DNA of 64,000 nucleotides from Candidatus Omnitrophota bacterium. Lineage in GTDB: Bacteria > Omnitrophota > Gorgyraeia > Zapsychrales > Zapsychraceae. The notes under the pieces were generated by a model. That model was not told the origin of the DNA and made no database searches. It saw nothing but the letters and a program-made list of their open reading frames with translations. Shown piece by piece: positions 51,467 through 60,845 of this stretch (within the stretch, counting starts at the first letter, position 1; each line of letters opens with the position of its first letter). The position numbers were made by a program, and so were the translations under genes. The DNA lies in the NCBI GenBank assembly GCA_029261065.1, contig JAJDCB010000011.1:111168-175167 (forward strand), in the 5' to 3' direction.

Positions 51467-53506
51467 ATGAAAAAGAATAACGCAATTTTTATCACCGGCA
51501 CGGACACCGGAGTTGGTAAGACAATAGCAACTTATGCCCTTGGTGTTCTTTTGCAGAGCAAAGGAATCGATATAGGTGTCATGAAACCCGTACAATGTGC
51601 GGGGGATGATGCACTTTTTTTAAAAGAAAAACTAAATATCGATGACCCGTTAGATGACATCAATCCCTACTTTGCAAATGAACCTTTATCACCTCATCTT
51701 GCTTTCTCCCGTGCAAAGAAAAAAATTAATTCTTCTCGTATTATAAATATTTATCAAGCCATTAAACAAAAGCATGATCTTACTCTTATCGAGGGCGCCG
51801 GTGGTTTGATGGTGCCATTGGGAAAAGATTGTTTAGTCGCGGATCTGATTCGTGCTATGAATGCTCCAATCATTATTGTTGCGCGCCTAGGATTGGGAAC
51901 AATCAACCATACGTTATTAACCATTAGCCAAGCGCAAAGCTATGGATTAAAAGTATGTGGTGTTGTTTTTTGTGAGACGACTCGCATCAAGAAAGGTGTC
52001 GCGGAACAAACGAATCCAGAAGCTATTGAAAAGTTTGGTGGTGTTCCTGTTTTGGGTACAGTTCCATTTTTAAAAACAAAATCACGTAAAGAAATTGTCA
52101 ATCGTTGTGATTTGAATATCACTAAGTTAACATCTTCATTAAGAGATACCAAAACAAAGAAGCTTGCTGCCTTAGATAAGAAATACATGTGGCACCCTTT
52201 TACTCAAATGAAAGATTGGCAAGAGCAGGAGCCTCTCGTCATTGATCAAGCAGATGGTTGTTATCTGATCGATACAAAAGGAAAAAAGTATATTGATGGT
52301 GTTTCAAGTTTGTGGGTTAATGTGCATGGGCATCGAAAGAAAGAGTTAGATGTCGCCATCACCTCGCAGCTTAATCGGGTTTCTCACTCAACACTGCTTG
52401 GTTTATCAAACACGCCTTCTATAGAATTATCTAAAGCTCTTGTTGATATAACACCTAAGGGATTAAACAAAGTATTTTATTCTGACAATGGATCAACTTC
52501 TGTTGAAATCGGCATCAAGATGGCTTATCAGTATTGGCAAAATATGGGTAAGGCAAAGAAAAAGCAAATTGCGCATCTAGCTAATTCCTATCATGGCGAC
52601 ACATTAGGAAGTGTTAGTATTGGCGGCATTGATTTATTTCATAAGGTGTATCGCGATTTAATTTTTAAAACGATTAAAATTGATTTCCCAGATTGCTATC
52701 GTGCTCCTATAGATAAAGAGTATCCTTCTTATGCTTTTGAGTGTTTGGATAAGTTTGAGAAGCTGCTAGAAAAGAATCATGAATCCATCGCCGCGTTAGT
52801 TGTTGAGCCCATTGTGCAAGGGGCTGCTGGTATGATTGTTTGGCCAAAAGGAATATTAAAGAAGATAGCTCAACTTTGTCGTAAATATGATGTTTTTCTG
52901 ATATGCGATGAGGTGGCGACCGGTTTTGGGCGAACGGGTAAGATGTTTGCCTGTGAACATGAGGATGTTTCTCCTGATATTATGTGCTTATCTAAAGGAA
53001 TCACAGGGGGCTATCTGCCTCTGGCAGTTACACTTACAACAGATAAAATCTATGAGGGATTTTGTGGGCCTTATCAAGATTTAAAGACTTTTTTTCACGG
53101 TCATACCTATACCGGAAATCCATTATGTTGCGCGGTAGCCCTTGAAAATATCAATATCTTCAAAAAAGAGAAGACGTTACAGAAATTAGCTCCGAAGATA
53201 AAGTTTTTGGACAAAAGACTGAAAATGTTCTATAATTTGGCCTCTGTTGGTGATATTCGACAGATGGGTTTTATGGTTGGCATTGAGCTCGTTAAGGATA
53301 AAAATACGAAAGAACCGTATCCTTGGGAAGAGAAGATTGGCGTTCGGGTTTGTCAGCGATTGAGGGAAAAGGGTATTATTTTGCGCCCCTTAGGGAATGT
53401 TATTGTGATTATGCCGCCGTTGGTTATTTCGCAAACAGAGTTAAAGCGGCTTTTGGATGCGACGTATGATGCGGTTGAAGAGGTAACGCACCTGTCATCC
53501 CTGTGA
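51467..53506 (+). CDS. bioDA: Fused dethiobiotin synthetase (BioD, N-terminal) and adenosylmethionine-8-amino-7-oxononanoate aminotransferase (BioA, C-terminal)
   Basis: The N-terminal ~225 aa carry the BioD P-loop IFITGTDTGVGKT and LIEGAGG. The C-terminal ~450 aa carry the BioA blocks YMWHPFTQM, LICDEVATGFGRTGKMFACEH and the PLP-Lys SKGITGGYLPL. Confidence 0.85.
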   Translation: MKKNNAIFITGTDTGVGKTIATYALGVLLQSKGIDIGVMKPVQCAGDDALFLKEKLNIDDPLDDINPYFANEPLSPHLAFSRAKKKINSSRIINIYQAIKQKHDLTLIEGAGGLMVPLGKDCLVADLIRAMNAPIIIVARLGLGTINHTLLTISQAQSYGLKVCGVVFCETTRIKKGVAEQTNPEAIEKFGGVPVLGTVPFLKTKSRKEIVNRCDLNITKLTSSLRDTKTKKLAALDKKYMWHPFTQMKDWQEQEPLVIDQADGCYLIDTKGKKYIDGVSSLWVNVHGHRKKELDVAITSQLNRVSHSTLLGLSNTPSIELSKALVDITPKGLNKVFYSDNGSTSVEIGIKMAYQYWQNMGKAKKKQIAHLANSYHGDTLGSVSIGGIDLFHKVYRDLIFKTIKIDFPDCYRAPIDKEYPSYAFECLDKFEKLLEKNHESIAALVVEPIVQGAAGMIVWPKGILKKIAQLCRKYDVFLICDEVATGFGRTGKMFACEHEDVSPDIMCLSKGITGGYLPLAVTLTTDKIYEGFCGPYQDLKTFFHGHTYTGNPLCCAVALENINIFKKEKTLQKLAPKIKFLDKRLKMFYNLASVGDIRQMGFMVGIELVKDKNTKEPYPWEEKIGVRVCQRLREKGIILRPLGNVIVIMPPLVISQTELKRLLDATYDAVEEVTHLSSL

Positions 53507-53570
53507 AAACGGGGAACCATTAATAGTGGATGGCTTCAAGAGGTCCCCGATAAAAACATTCGGGGATGAC
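53494..53570. repeat. REP-like palindromic doublet (copy 4), between bioDA and mnmA
   Basis: GTCATCCCTGTGAAAACGGGGAAC ... GGTCCCCGATAAAAACATTCGGGGATGAC. The first hairpin overlaps the bioDA stop. Confidence 0.7.
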
Positions 53571-53582
53571 ACGATTAATATT

Positions 53583-54707
53583 ATGATTAAGAACAACACA
53601 AATAAAAAAGTTTTTGTCGCAATGAGCGGTGGCGTGGACTCATCCGTTGTTGCGGCCCTCATGAAAGAGCAAGGTTACGATGTTGTTGGGGTGACGATGT
53701 GTTTTAGCATCACACACCCCGAAAGCAAGAAACCATCCTGTTGCGGGGTTGATGGGATTCAAGATGCTAAGCGCGCCGCGCAAATTCTAGACATTCCTCA
53801 TTATGTTTTAGATTTCGCGAAAGATATCAATGAGCATATCATTGATAATTTCACCAGCGAATATCTTAACGGTCGCACACCCAATCCGTGTGTGCGTTGT
53901 AATCAACATTTAAAATTTGGAACACTATATAGCCAAGTCATGAGCCTCGGCGCTGATTTTTTAGCGACGGGCCATTATGCTAAAATTCATTTTAATGAAA
54001 CAGATGATAATTTCGAGATGAAAAAAGCGGTAGATGATCGCAAAGATCAATCATATTTTCTTTACAGCATGAATAAAGAGACGCTTAAGAAAGTATTATT
54101 TCCGTTAGGGGGTATGACAAAGAATGAAGTCCGGGAGTTAGCTGAGAAGTATAAATTAAATACAGCCAACAAACCCGAAAGCCAAGATATCTGTTTTGTG
54201 CCGGACTCAGGTTATAAAAAGTTTATTGAAGACCGTGTGGGGAAATCTGTATTTATCCCGGGACCTTTTGTTAATGAAAAGGGAGATGTTGTGGGCGAAC
54301 ATAAAGGCATTGCCAATTATACAATCGGTCAACGTGATAAATTAGGGTTGGCCTTAGGTTTTCCTGTCTATGTTTATAAAATCGATAAAGATTCCAATAC
54401 TGTTTATGTTGGCCCCAAAGAATGCTTATATTCCAAAGGCCTTTATGCGACACAATTTAATCCTGTCAGCATGGACATCCCTAAAGAAACGATCGAAGTC
54501 TATGCACGGATTCGTTACAACTCCCCAGAAGTCCTCGCCTACTTAACCTATTTAGGTGAAGGCCAAATCAAACTAGAATTCGCCCAACCCCAAAAATCTG
54601 TTACTCCAGGACAATCAGCCGTATTTTATCGCGATGATGTGGTTTTATCCGGCGCGATTATTGAGAAGCCAATTGCCTTGGAGGCGACACAAGAGGTGTC
54701 TTTGTAA
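53583..54707 (+). CDS. mnmA: tRNA-specific 2-thiouridylase MnmA
   Basis: PP-loop VFVAMSGGVDSSV, and the catalytic Cys context PNPCVRCN...QDICFV. The start is moved to the ATG after the REP element; the track ORF starts at 53526. Confidence 0.85.
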   Translation: MIKNNTNKKVFVAMSGGVDSSVVAALMKEQGYDVVGVTMCFSITHPESKKPSCCGVDGIQDAKRAAQILDIPHYVLDFAKDINEHIIDNFTSEYLNGRTPNPCVRCNQHLKFGTLYSQVMSLGADFLATGHYAKIHFNETDDNFEMKKAVDDRKDQSYFLYSMNKETLKKVLFPLGGMTKNEVRELAEKYKLNTANKPESQDICFVPDSGYKKFIEDRVGKSVFIPGPFVNEKGDVVGEHKGIANYTIGQRDKLGLALGFPVYVYKIDKDSNTVYVGPKECLYSKGLYATQFNPVSMDIPKETIEVYARIRYNSPEVLAYLTYLGEGQIKLEFAQPQKSVTPGQSAVFYRDDVVLSGAIIEKPIALEATQEVSL

Positions 54708-55696
54708 TGTATGCGGTCATTTTATATTACTACTTCGCACGTATTACTGACCCCGATGAATTTTGTCGTGAACATAAACGTAAATGCCAAGAATTAAATC
54801 TATTTGGTCGTATTTATATTGCGAGTGAAGGGATTAATGGAACATTATCTGGGGGTGTTGAGCAGATTGAAGAATATAAGAATTATTTGCGTTCGTTAGA
54901 TGGATTTGCGCAAACAGAATTTAAAGAAGAACGCATCGATCATGTTCCGTTTGTTAAATTAGTTGTTAAGACACGTAAAGAAATTGTGACTCTTAAATCT
55001 AAGGTGTCTATTGATTCAACTGAAGAAAAAGGCAAACACCTTTCTCCCTTAGAATGGCGCGAACATTTAGAAAACGAAGAAGACATTTTGCTTATTGATG
55101 TGCGTAATAATTATGAATCTGAAATTGGACATTTTAAAGGGGCTGTGAAGCCGGACATTAAAAATTTTTATGATTTTGAAGGTTGGGTGGACCGTTCAGA
55201 GTTGGATAAGAATAAAAAAGTTCTTATGTATTGCACCGGTGGGATTCGTTGTGAGAAATTTTCTGTTCTTATGGAAAAAAAAGGATTTAAAGATGTTTAT
55301 CAACTTCAAGGTGGTATCATTAACTATGCGCAACAAGAAGATGGCGCGCATTTTAAAGGAAAATGTTTTGTCTTTGATGATCGTTTAGCGGTTGAAGTTG
55401 AAAAAAATCAAAAAGAGCCATTAGGCAAGTGTGCGATTTCAGGCGTTCCCTGTGATACCTATATCAATTGTCATAACATGGATTGCAATCAATTGTTTAT
55501 CTGCTCCAAAGAGGCAGCGATAGAATTTCAGGGATGTTGCAGCAAAGAATGCATGACCTCCGTCCGTTGTCGTCCTTTTTTACCTGATAATATCTATATG
55601 CCCTCAAGAAAATGGTATCAATATTATGATGAAAATCAGTGGTTAGATATTCGTGAGAAACGCGAACAACAAACAACTTATACGAAGGAAGGATAG
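54707..55696 (+). CDS. trhO: Rhodanese-domain tRNA U34 hydroxylase TrhO (YceA/UPF0176 family)
   Basis: The N-terminal YceA-like domain reads ...LNLFGRIYIASEGINGTLSG; the rhodanese Cys loop is YCTGGIRCEK; the C-terminus is Cys-rich. 329 aa. Confidence 0.8.
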   Translation: MYAVILYYYFARITDPDEFCREHKRKCQELNLFGRIYIASEGINGTLSGGVEQIEEYKNYLRSLDGFAQTEFKEERIDHVPFVKLVVKTRKEIVTLKSKVSIDSTEEKGKHLSPLEWREHLENEEDILLIDVRNNYESEIGHFKGAVKPDIKNFYDFEGWVDRSELDKNKKVLMYCTGGIRCEKFSVLMEKKGFKDVYQLQGGIINYAQQEDGAHFKGKCFVFDDRLAVEVEKNQKEPLGKCAISGVPCDTYINCHNMDCNQLFICSKEAAIEFQGCCSKECMTSVRCRPFLPDNIYMPSRKWYQYYDENQWLDIREKREQQTTYTKEG

Positions 55697-55699
55697 ATC

Positions 55700-56971
55700 A
55701 TGAGCATCATTTTTAATCGGGAACATCTTAAGGGATTTATTGAACAAAAAGATATTAACAAAATTTCTTCTCGTATCGAAAAAGCGCATAATGATTTGGA
55801 GCAGGGGACAGGATCTGGTGGCGAGATAACGGGCTGGAAAGATTTGCCTTCTAGGATAGAGAATAATTTTATTGACGAGTTAGTCAAGTTGGGCGAAGAG
55901 GTTCGTTCGTATTCGGATTGTGTGATTAGTATTGGGATTGGTGGATCTTATTTGGGTATTCGTTCATCAGTCGAATTTTTACGTGAATATAAGATTCCTA
56001 TTCATTATGCTGGAAACAATATGAGCGTAGATTATTTGCATCATTTGTTAGAATCTGTCAAAGATAAGAGTGTGAGTGTGGTTGTTATCTCTAAATCCGG
56101 AGCAACCACGGAACCGGCTATCGCTTTTCGTATTGTTAAGCAGATGTTAAAAGAGAAATATAGTGAAGAGGAGTTAAAGAAAAGAATTATTTGTGTGACG
56201 GATGGCGAAAAAGGTGCTCTTCGGCACATTGCCGATACTAATGGCTATCGATCTTTTGTGATTCCAGATGATGTGGGGGGGCGATTTTCAATTCTTACTC
56301 CTGTTGGATTAGTTCCTTTAGCGATTGCAGGGGTGGATATCAAAAGTTTGGTGGATGGGGCGAGAAAAGGGGAAGAAGAATATTCTAAATTTGATTTAGA
56401 AAATAACATTGCGTATCAATATGCCGCGACACGATACCTTCTTTCAAAGAAGGGAAAGCATATTGAGGTGACCGCATCTTTTTATGACAACTTGTATTAT
56501 GTGCTCGAGTGGTGGAAACAACTTTATGGGGAAAGTGAAGCCAAAGATGGTAAAGGAATTTTTCCAGCGTCTCTCATTATGTCCACGGATCTTCATTCCA
56601 TGGGCCAGCTTATGCAGGAAGGCGCGCGCAATGTTTTTGAGACCTTTATTGATATCGAACGACCTAATCATAGTATCCTTGTGCCAAAAGATGATGAGGA
56701 TCTTGATGAATTTAATATTGTTGCGGGCAAAGATCTTGATTATGTTAACACCCAAGCGTACAAAGCAACCGCATCCGCTCATTTTGAGGGTGGTGTTCCC
56801 AACATGACATTAACACTTTGTCAAGCAGATGCCTTTCACTTAGGTCAGCTCTATTACTTTTATGAACGGGCCGTTGCCATTTCGGGTTATTTATTGGGAG
56901 TCAATCCCTTTAATCAACCAGGAGTCGAGGCCTACAAGAAAAAGATGTTTGCCCTTCTTGGAAAAAAATAA
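55700..56971 (+). CDS. pgi: Glucose-6-phosphate isomerase (short, Firmicutes/archaeal-type)
   Basis: The SIS-domain signature VVVISKSGATTEP and GGRFSILTPVGL. 423 aa. Confidence 0.8.
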   Translation: MSIIFNREHLKGFIEQKDINKISSRIEKAHNDLEQGTGSGGEITGWKDLPSRIENNFIDELVKLGEEVRSYSDCVISIGIGGSYLGIRSSVEFLREYKIPIHYAGNNMSVDYLHHLLESVKDKSVSVVVISKSGATTEPAIAFRIVKQMLKEKYSEEELKKRIICVTDGEKGALRHIADTNGYRSFVIPDDVGGRFSILTPVGLVPLAIAGVDIKSLVDGARKGEEEYSKFDLENNIAYQYAATRYLLSKKGKHIEVTASFYDNLYYVLEWWKQLYGESEAKDGKGIFPASLIMSTDLHSMGQLMQEGARNVFETFIDIERPNHSILVPKDDEDLDEFNIVAGKDLDYVNTQAYKATASAHFEGGVPNMTLTLCQADAFHLGQLYYFYERAVAISGYLLGVNPFNQPGVEAYKKKMFALLGKK

Positions 56972-56979
56972 ATCTTTGC

Positions 56980-57750
56980 ATGAAGACATGTTTTCTTATC
57001 CTTATAGCGCTTTTTTTGTGTCATCCTACCCAGGCGGAGATTATTTCTCTTAAATCAGGAGAAGTCATCCATGGTGCCATTTCTAAAGAACATGATGATT
57101 ATATTCAAGTTGAGAATCGATGGGGTATTCCTTTAACCTATTATAGAGAAAGTATCGAATCCATAGAGCCAGATCCTGTAATTGTTCCAGAAATTGTTCC
57201 TGATGTGGTTGAAGAACAAGATCTAAAAGACTTTGTTGTTGAAGAGCGTCGTGGGGTTTATCTTAAAAAGGATAAAGAAGAAGGTTTATTGGGTGATTTT
57301 AATCATGTTCATGGAGAAGTTCATGCCGATGAACTAGTAAATACATCAAATCCACAAGATACGAATGCTTGGGCAATTGAGGTGTTACGCATGTTATCTA
57401 TGGCAGCGGAATTTTATGCTCAAGATCAAGGTGGTATATATCCCGATGATATTGCTTTATTAACAGATTCTGAAAAAGTTTATATCGCTAGAAATTATTG
57501 CGATACAACAGAGAATGGTTATGAATTTTCCTGTAAATTAGGGGATAAATCTTATCTTTTTACGGCTGCACCTGTCGATAAAAATAGAACCAATGCCACC
57601 ACGTTTATGGTGACAACAAAAGGATCTTTGAGTGTTCAACGCCATGGCGTTAAAGATCTTCATGATCCTTCCAAAGAAGTTAATATTATTTCAAAGAAGC
57701 CCACCTTAAACTTTTATCACATGTTAAGACAGATTGAATCGCCTTATTGA
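56980..57750 (+). CDS. Secreted hypothetical protein
   Basis: Signal peptide MKTCFLILIALFLCHPTQA-EI. No recognisable catalytic motif. Confidence 0.45.
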   Translation: MKTCFLILIALFLCHPTQAEIISLKSGEVIHGAISKEHDDYIQVENRWGIPLTYYRESIESIEPDPVIVPEIVPDVVEEQDLKDFVVEERRGVYLKKDKEEGLLGDFNHVHGEVHADELVNTSNPQDTNAWAIEVLRMLSMAAEFYAQDQGGIYPDDIALLTDSEKVYIARNYCDTTENGYEFSCKLGDKSYLFTAAPVDKNRTNATTFMVTTKGSLSVQRHGVKDLHDPSKEVNIISKKPTLNFYHMLRQIESPY

Positions 57751-57852
57751 ATCTTGTCGTAATTTTGCCATTTCGACTCTTCGGCCGGAATGACAGGTCG
57801 CACCGTTTGACAGATACATTCGCAATCCCTTTAGAGCTGGAATATAACACAT

Positions 57853-57881
57853 TGACAATTATATTTTTATGTGTTAAAAAT
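57853..57881 (+). promoter_or_regulatory. Sigma70-like promoter upstream of the 57922 gene
   Basis: TTGACA (57853-58), a 17-nt spacer, then TAAAAA (57876-81). Confidence 0.3.
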
Positions 57882-57921
57882 AAATTATTGTTAATGAGGT
57901 AATTATCCTACCAATTTTATT

Positions 57922-58410
57922 ATGAATAATAAAAACGTTAAAACCTCCCTTTTTGGGCTTACATTTATTGGCATGGCATTGATATGTCTTGTAAGCGCCT
58001 ATCTTATTTTTGATAAAAATCATCAATTATCCCTTATCGAAGGCAATTTATCCAAAGGTGACGTCAATCATACCAATAAAATTGACCGTAAAATTCTAAA
58101 AGATGTGATTGAAGAGGAGTCGGTGAGTTTAACCTCTTTAGTTAAAGAAGCGGAAGCTTATCATCCTGGTATCGATTTTGAAAAAAGTGACGGTTTTATG
58201 TGGATCGATCGTAAATCTTCGAAATATGTTGTCACTTTAGGCGCTGTGAATGGCATTTATCCTGGAAGCGTTCTTTCTGTATATAGTGGAGAAGATAAGA
58301 TAGGAGAGGTTCAAGTGGATACCTCTTTTGATGTTATTTCTTACGTTGTCCCTCAAACAAACTCCCTACCCTTGCTTGATCAAGACTATTATCGCGTTGA
58401 GATTGAGTAA
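57922..58410 (+). CDS. Hypothetical protein with an N-terminal transmembrane anchor
   Basis: MNNKNVKTSLFGLTFIGMALICLVSAYLIF... 162 aa. Confidence 0.4.
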   Translation: MNNKNVKTSLFGLTFIGMALICLVSAYLIFDKNHQLSLIEGNLSKGDVNHTNKIDRKILKDVIEEESVSLTSLVKEAEAYHPGIDFEKSDGFMWIDRKSSKYVVTLGAVNGIYPGSVLSVYSGEDKIGEVQVDTSFDVISYVVPQTNSLPLLDQDYYRVEIE

Positions 58411-58521
58411 AATTTATTTAAATACCTTAAAGCACCTTTTTTCATGATTGTTTTTCTTTTCTCTTGTGGGCAGAAGGACTTTTTCATACAATACTCGTTA
58501 GAAAGAGGAGAGATTTTTTAG

Positions 58522-59559
58522 ATGAAAGAGAAAAAATTAGCCTTAGAAGTTTATGGTCTTCTGCGGATGAGTGTTGGTGTTGCTCAGTTTGTTGGGTTAC
58601 TGTTTGCTTTTTATATGTTGGATTTTATTATTAAGTATCCAAGTGGTGCATTATTGTTTGTTTTGGATGAAGATTTTGTAGCGTTAATGTCTTTGGCTGT
58701 ATTATTTCGTAGTATTTTTCATATTGTATCTGGTATTGGCATAGCAAGTATGCAGAAGTGGGTCAGACCATGGTTATTTTTTGGTTGGCTATTCATTCTC
58801 ATCATTCATTTTGGTTTAGCGTTTTCATTATTTGAAAGTTGGAAAGAACAAGGTTATGTCAGCCATTTTCTTGAGGTGTTTTCGTTAGTCAAATTGTTTG
58901 CTTTTTTAGGGTTAATTGTTTTTGATGTTACTTTTGTACAAAGTGTCATTGGTCAGTATCATCAAACATCGGATTTGACTGATGAGATGAAGCCTCTGGG
59001 GGGCAGAAGAATCGGCTTTTCCTTTGCGGTCGTGGTGATTTGTTTTGTTGTTCTTTTATTCTTTGGTCGGCAATTAAATGGTGGTTTTCATAAAGGGTTT
59101 TATAAAAGTTCAGATACAAAGGTTTTAAAACCTAAAAGGATGAGTGAATCAAGTCAGAAAGTAAGTACAAAATTATCAATAGAAGGTTTAAATCGTTCTG
59201 AAATAGAGAGGCGTCAAGAAAGCCCCACGGCGATGGAGGTGGTTCAACAGCAGAAAAAGACCGTAAAAACGAAGGGGCTAGAACCAAGAAAAAGTAATTT
59301 GCCAACGGAGCTTGCTTATCTTAAGATGATCGGGTGGTTGGGCGGCATATGTTTGATATTTGGCTTTTTATTTCAAATATTTGAAATAAATAATGATGAA
59401 ATGCAGGGTAGAGGGGTTAGATCCGCTGGTTTCTTTATTGTGGCTTTTTGTTTTTGGATTATATATGGATTGGGTTTAAAATCATCCATTCTGGTCGCAA
59501 GCTGTGTTGGTTGTTTGTTGTTAAGCAGCATAATCTTAATACTAAATCTTAAAAAATAA
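58522..59559 (+). CDS. Hypothetical polytopic membrane protein
   Basis: 345 aa with ~6 TM helices at both ends and a charged central region. Confidence 0.45.
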   Translation: MKEKKLALEVYGLLRMSVGVAQFVGLLFAFYMLDFIIKYPSGALLFVLDEDFVALMSLAVLFRSIFHIVSGIGIASMQKWVRPWLFFGWLFILIIHFGLAFSLFESWKEQGYVSHFLEVFSLVKLFAFLGLIVFDVTFVQSVIGQYHQTSDLTDEMKPLGGRRIGFSFAVVVICFVVLLFFGRQLNGGFHKGFYKSSDTKVLKPKRMSESSQKVSTKLSIEGLNRSEIERRQESPTAMEVVQQQKKTVKTKGLEPRKSNLPTELAYLKMIGWLGGICLIFGFLFQIFEINNDEMQGRGVRSAGFFIVAFCFWIIYGLGLKSSILVASCVGCLLLSSIILILNLKK

Positions 59560-59566
59560 AGGCATT

Positions 59567-60166
59567 ATGTGTAAAGAGTTTATTGTAATTACGTTGTCTC
59601 TTGCGGGACTTCTTTTTTCAGCTGGCAATGGTTTATGCCAGGCATATGAGCAGGAGGATTTCAACGTAGAAAATCAAGAAGCATTTGATGAAGAAGCGTT
59701 TAATGAAGAGTATTTAACAGAAGAGAACCTTTTTGAATATCCTAAATATTATGGAACGAACGCAAATAGACCTGTGATGAATTTTTTTGAGATTTCCTCA
59801 TTAAATATTCAAAAACCAAGTTTGGGAGCATTTCATACCAAGGGTTATGTCGTTGATATCTATCAATGCCCAGTATGTGAAAAGGAAGAAGAATGTTCGC
59901 CATGTGTGTCGAATTATATTATATTATCAGAGAAGAAGAAGCTTTTGGATAAGTCGTTATTAGACAGTAGCGAAATTTTGATATTTGTGGATGATACGAG
60001 TATTTTTAAGATCGGGAAAGAATATACCGTTTTATTTCAGATTTTAGATGTCAAAACAATTGATCAAACGTTAAACAATCTCAAGCTTATTTATGCAACG
60101 GCTATTAAGGAAGAACCGATAGTGCCGTCAGATGACGATGTGGATATAAAGGAGTTTAAATATTAA
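59567..60166 (+). CDS. Secreted acidic hypothetical protein
   Basis: Signal peptide MCKEFIVITLSLAGLLFSAGNGLCQA-YE, an acidic EEAFNEEYLTEEN run and a CPVCEKEEECSPC Cys cluster. Confidence 0.4.
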   Translation: MCKEFIVITLSLAGLLFSAGNGLCQAYEQEDFNVENQEAFDEEAFNEEYLTEENLFEYPKYYGTNANRPVMNFFEISSLNIQKPSLGAFHTKGYVVDIYQCPVCEKEEECSPCVSNYIILSEKKKLLDKSLLDSSEILIFVDDTSIFKIGKEYTVLFQILDVKTIDQTLNNLKLIYATAIKEEPIVPSDDDVDIKEFKY

Positions 60167-60640
60167 ATGTTAGGTCTTCTTGGAAAGCTTCGCGAGAAAA
60201 TAATAGGTGTAAATGTTCAAAAAGAATTAACGCAAGAAAGAAGTTCTTGTGTTGATAATTATATCGCTTTAGGTGTTTTGTTGTGGGCTGTGGCGGAGGC
60301 TGACGGTAAGTTTTTAGCACAAGAGAAAGAGCAAATTACAGAAGTGCTTAAGAAGTATGATGATGTTTCAGATGAAGATATGTCGATTGTTTTAAGAACA
60401 ATCGAGGAGGCGGCTACAAGTCGCATTGACTTATTTTCGTTTACCAAAGAGGTCAATGAATCTATGGATCGGGACTGTAAGGTTGATATTGTGATGCATT
60501 TGTTTCGAGTGGCGTTTGTCGATCGTGACTTGGATGAAACGGAGCATGAAACCATTCGTCAAATATCGACATTGCTAAAGCTGGATCATCAAGATTTTAT
60601 TGAATCGAAGTTGAAGGTTAAAGAAGAAATGGGATTATAG
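60167..60640 (+). CDS. TerB-like (tellurite-resistance / DjlA N-terminal-type) domain protein
   Basis: LLWAVAEADGKFLAQEKEQITEVL and a second half HLFRVAFVDRDLDETEHETIRQI match the two-repeat TerB helical motif (A.ADG....E...I). Confidence 0.55.
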   Translation: MLGLLGKLREKIIGVNVQKELTQERSSCVDNYIALGVLLWAVAEADGKFLAQEKEQITEVLKKYDDVSDEDMSIVLRTIEEAATSRIDLFSFTKEVNESMDRDCKVDIVMHLFRVAFVDRDLDETEHETIRQISTLLKLDHQDFIESKLKVKEEMGL

Positions 60641-60653
60641 AGGGAGGTGGATT

Positions 60654-60845
60654 ATGGGTCGATTAGGTGTTCCGGAAATGATTATTATTGCGTTGGTCGT
60701 TATTCTTTTATTTGGCGCTAAGAAGTTGCCAGAAATTGCCAATGCTATGGGAAAGGCGATAAAAGAGTTTCGTAAAGCAGGCCGAGAAGATTTGGACGGT
60801 GATAAGAAAATTAGTCAAGAGACGAAAGATGAATCAAAATCCTAA
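60654..60845 (+). CDS. tatA: Twin-arginine translocase subunit TatA/E
   Basis: MGRLGVPEMIIIALVVILLFGAKKLPEIANAMGKAIKEFRKA. 63 aa. Confidence 0.85.
   Translation: MGRLGVPEMIIIALVVILLFGAKKLPEIANAMGKAIKEFRKAGREDLDGDKKISQETKDESKS

Noticed and set aside
55170-56807. Alternate-frame ORFs within trhO and pgi (55170-55388 +, 56444-56782 -, 56484-56807 +)
   Set aside because: They lie inside genes with strong family signatures and have no motifs of their own.
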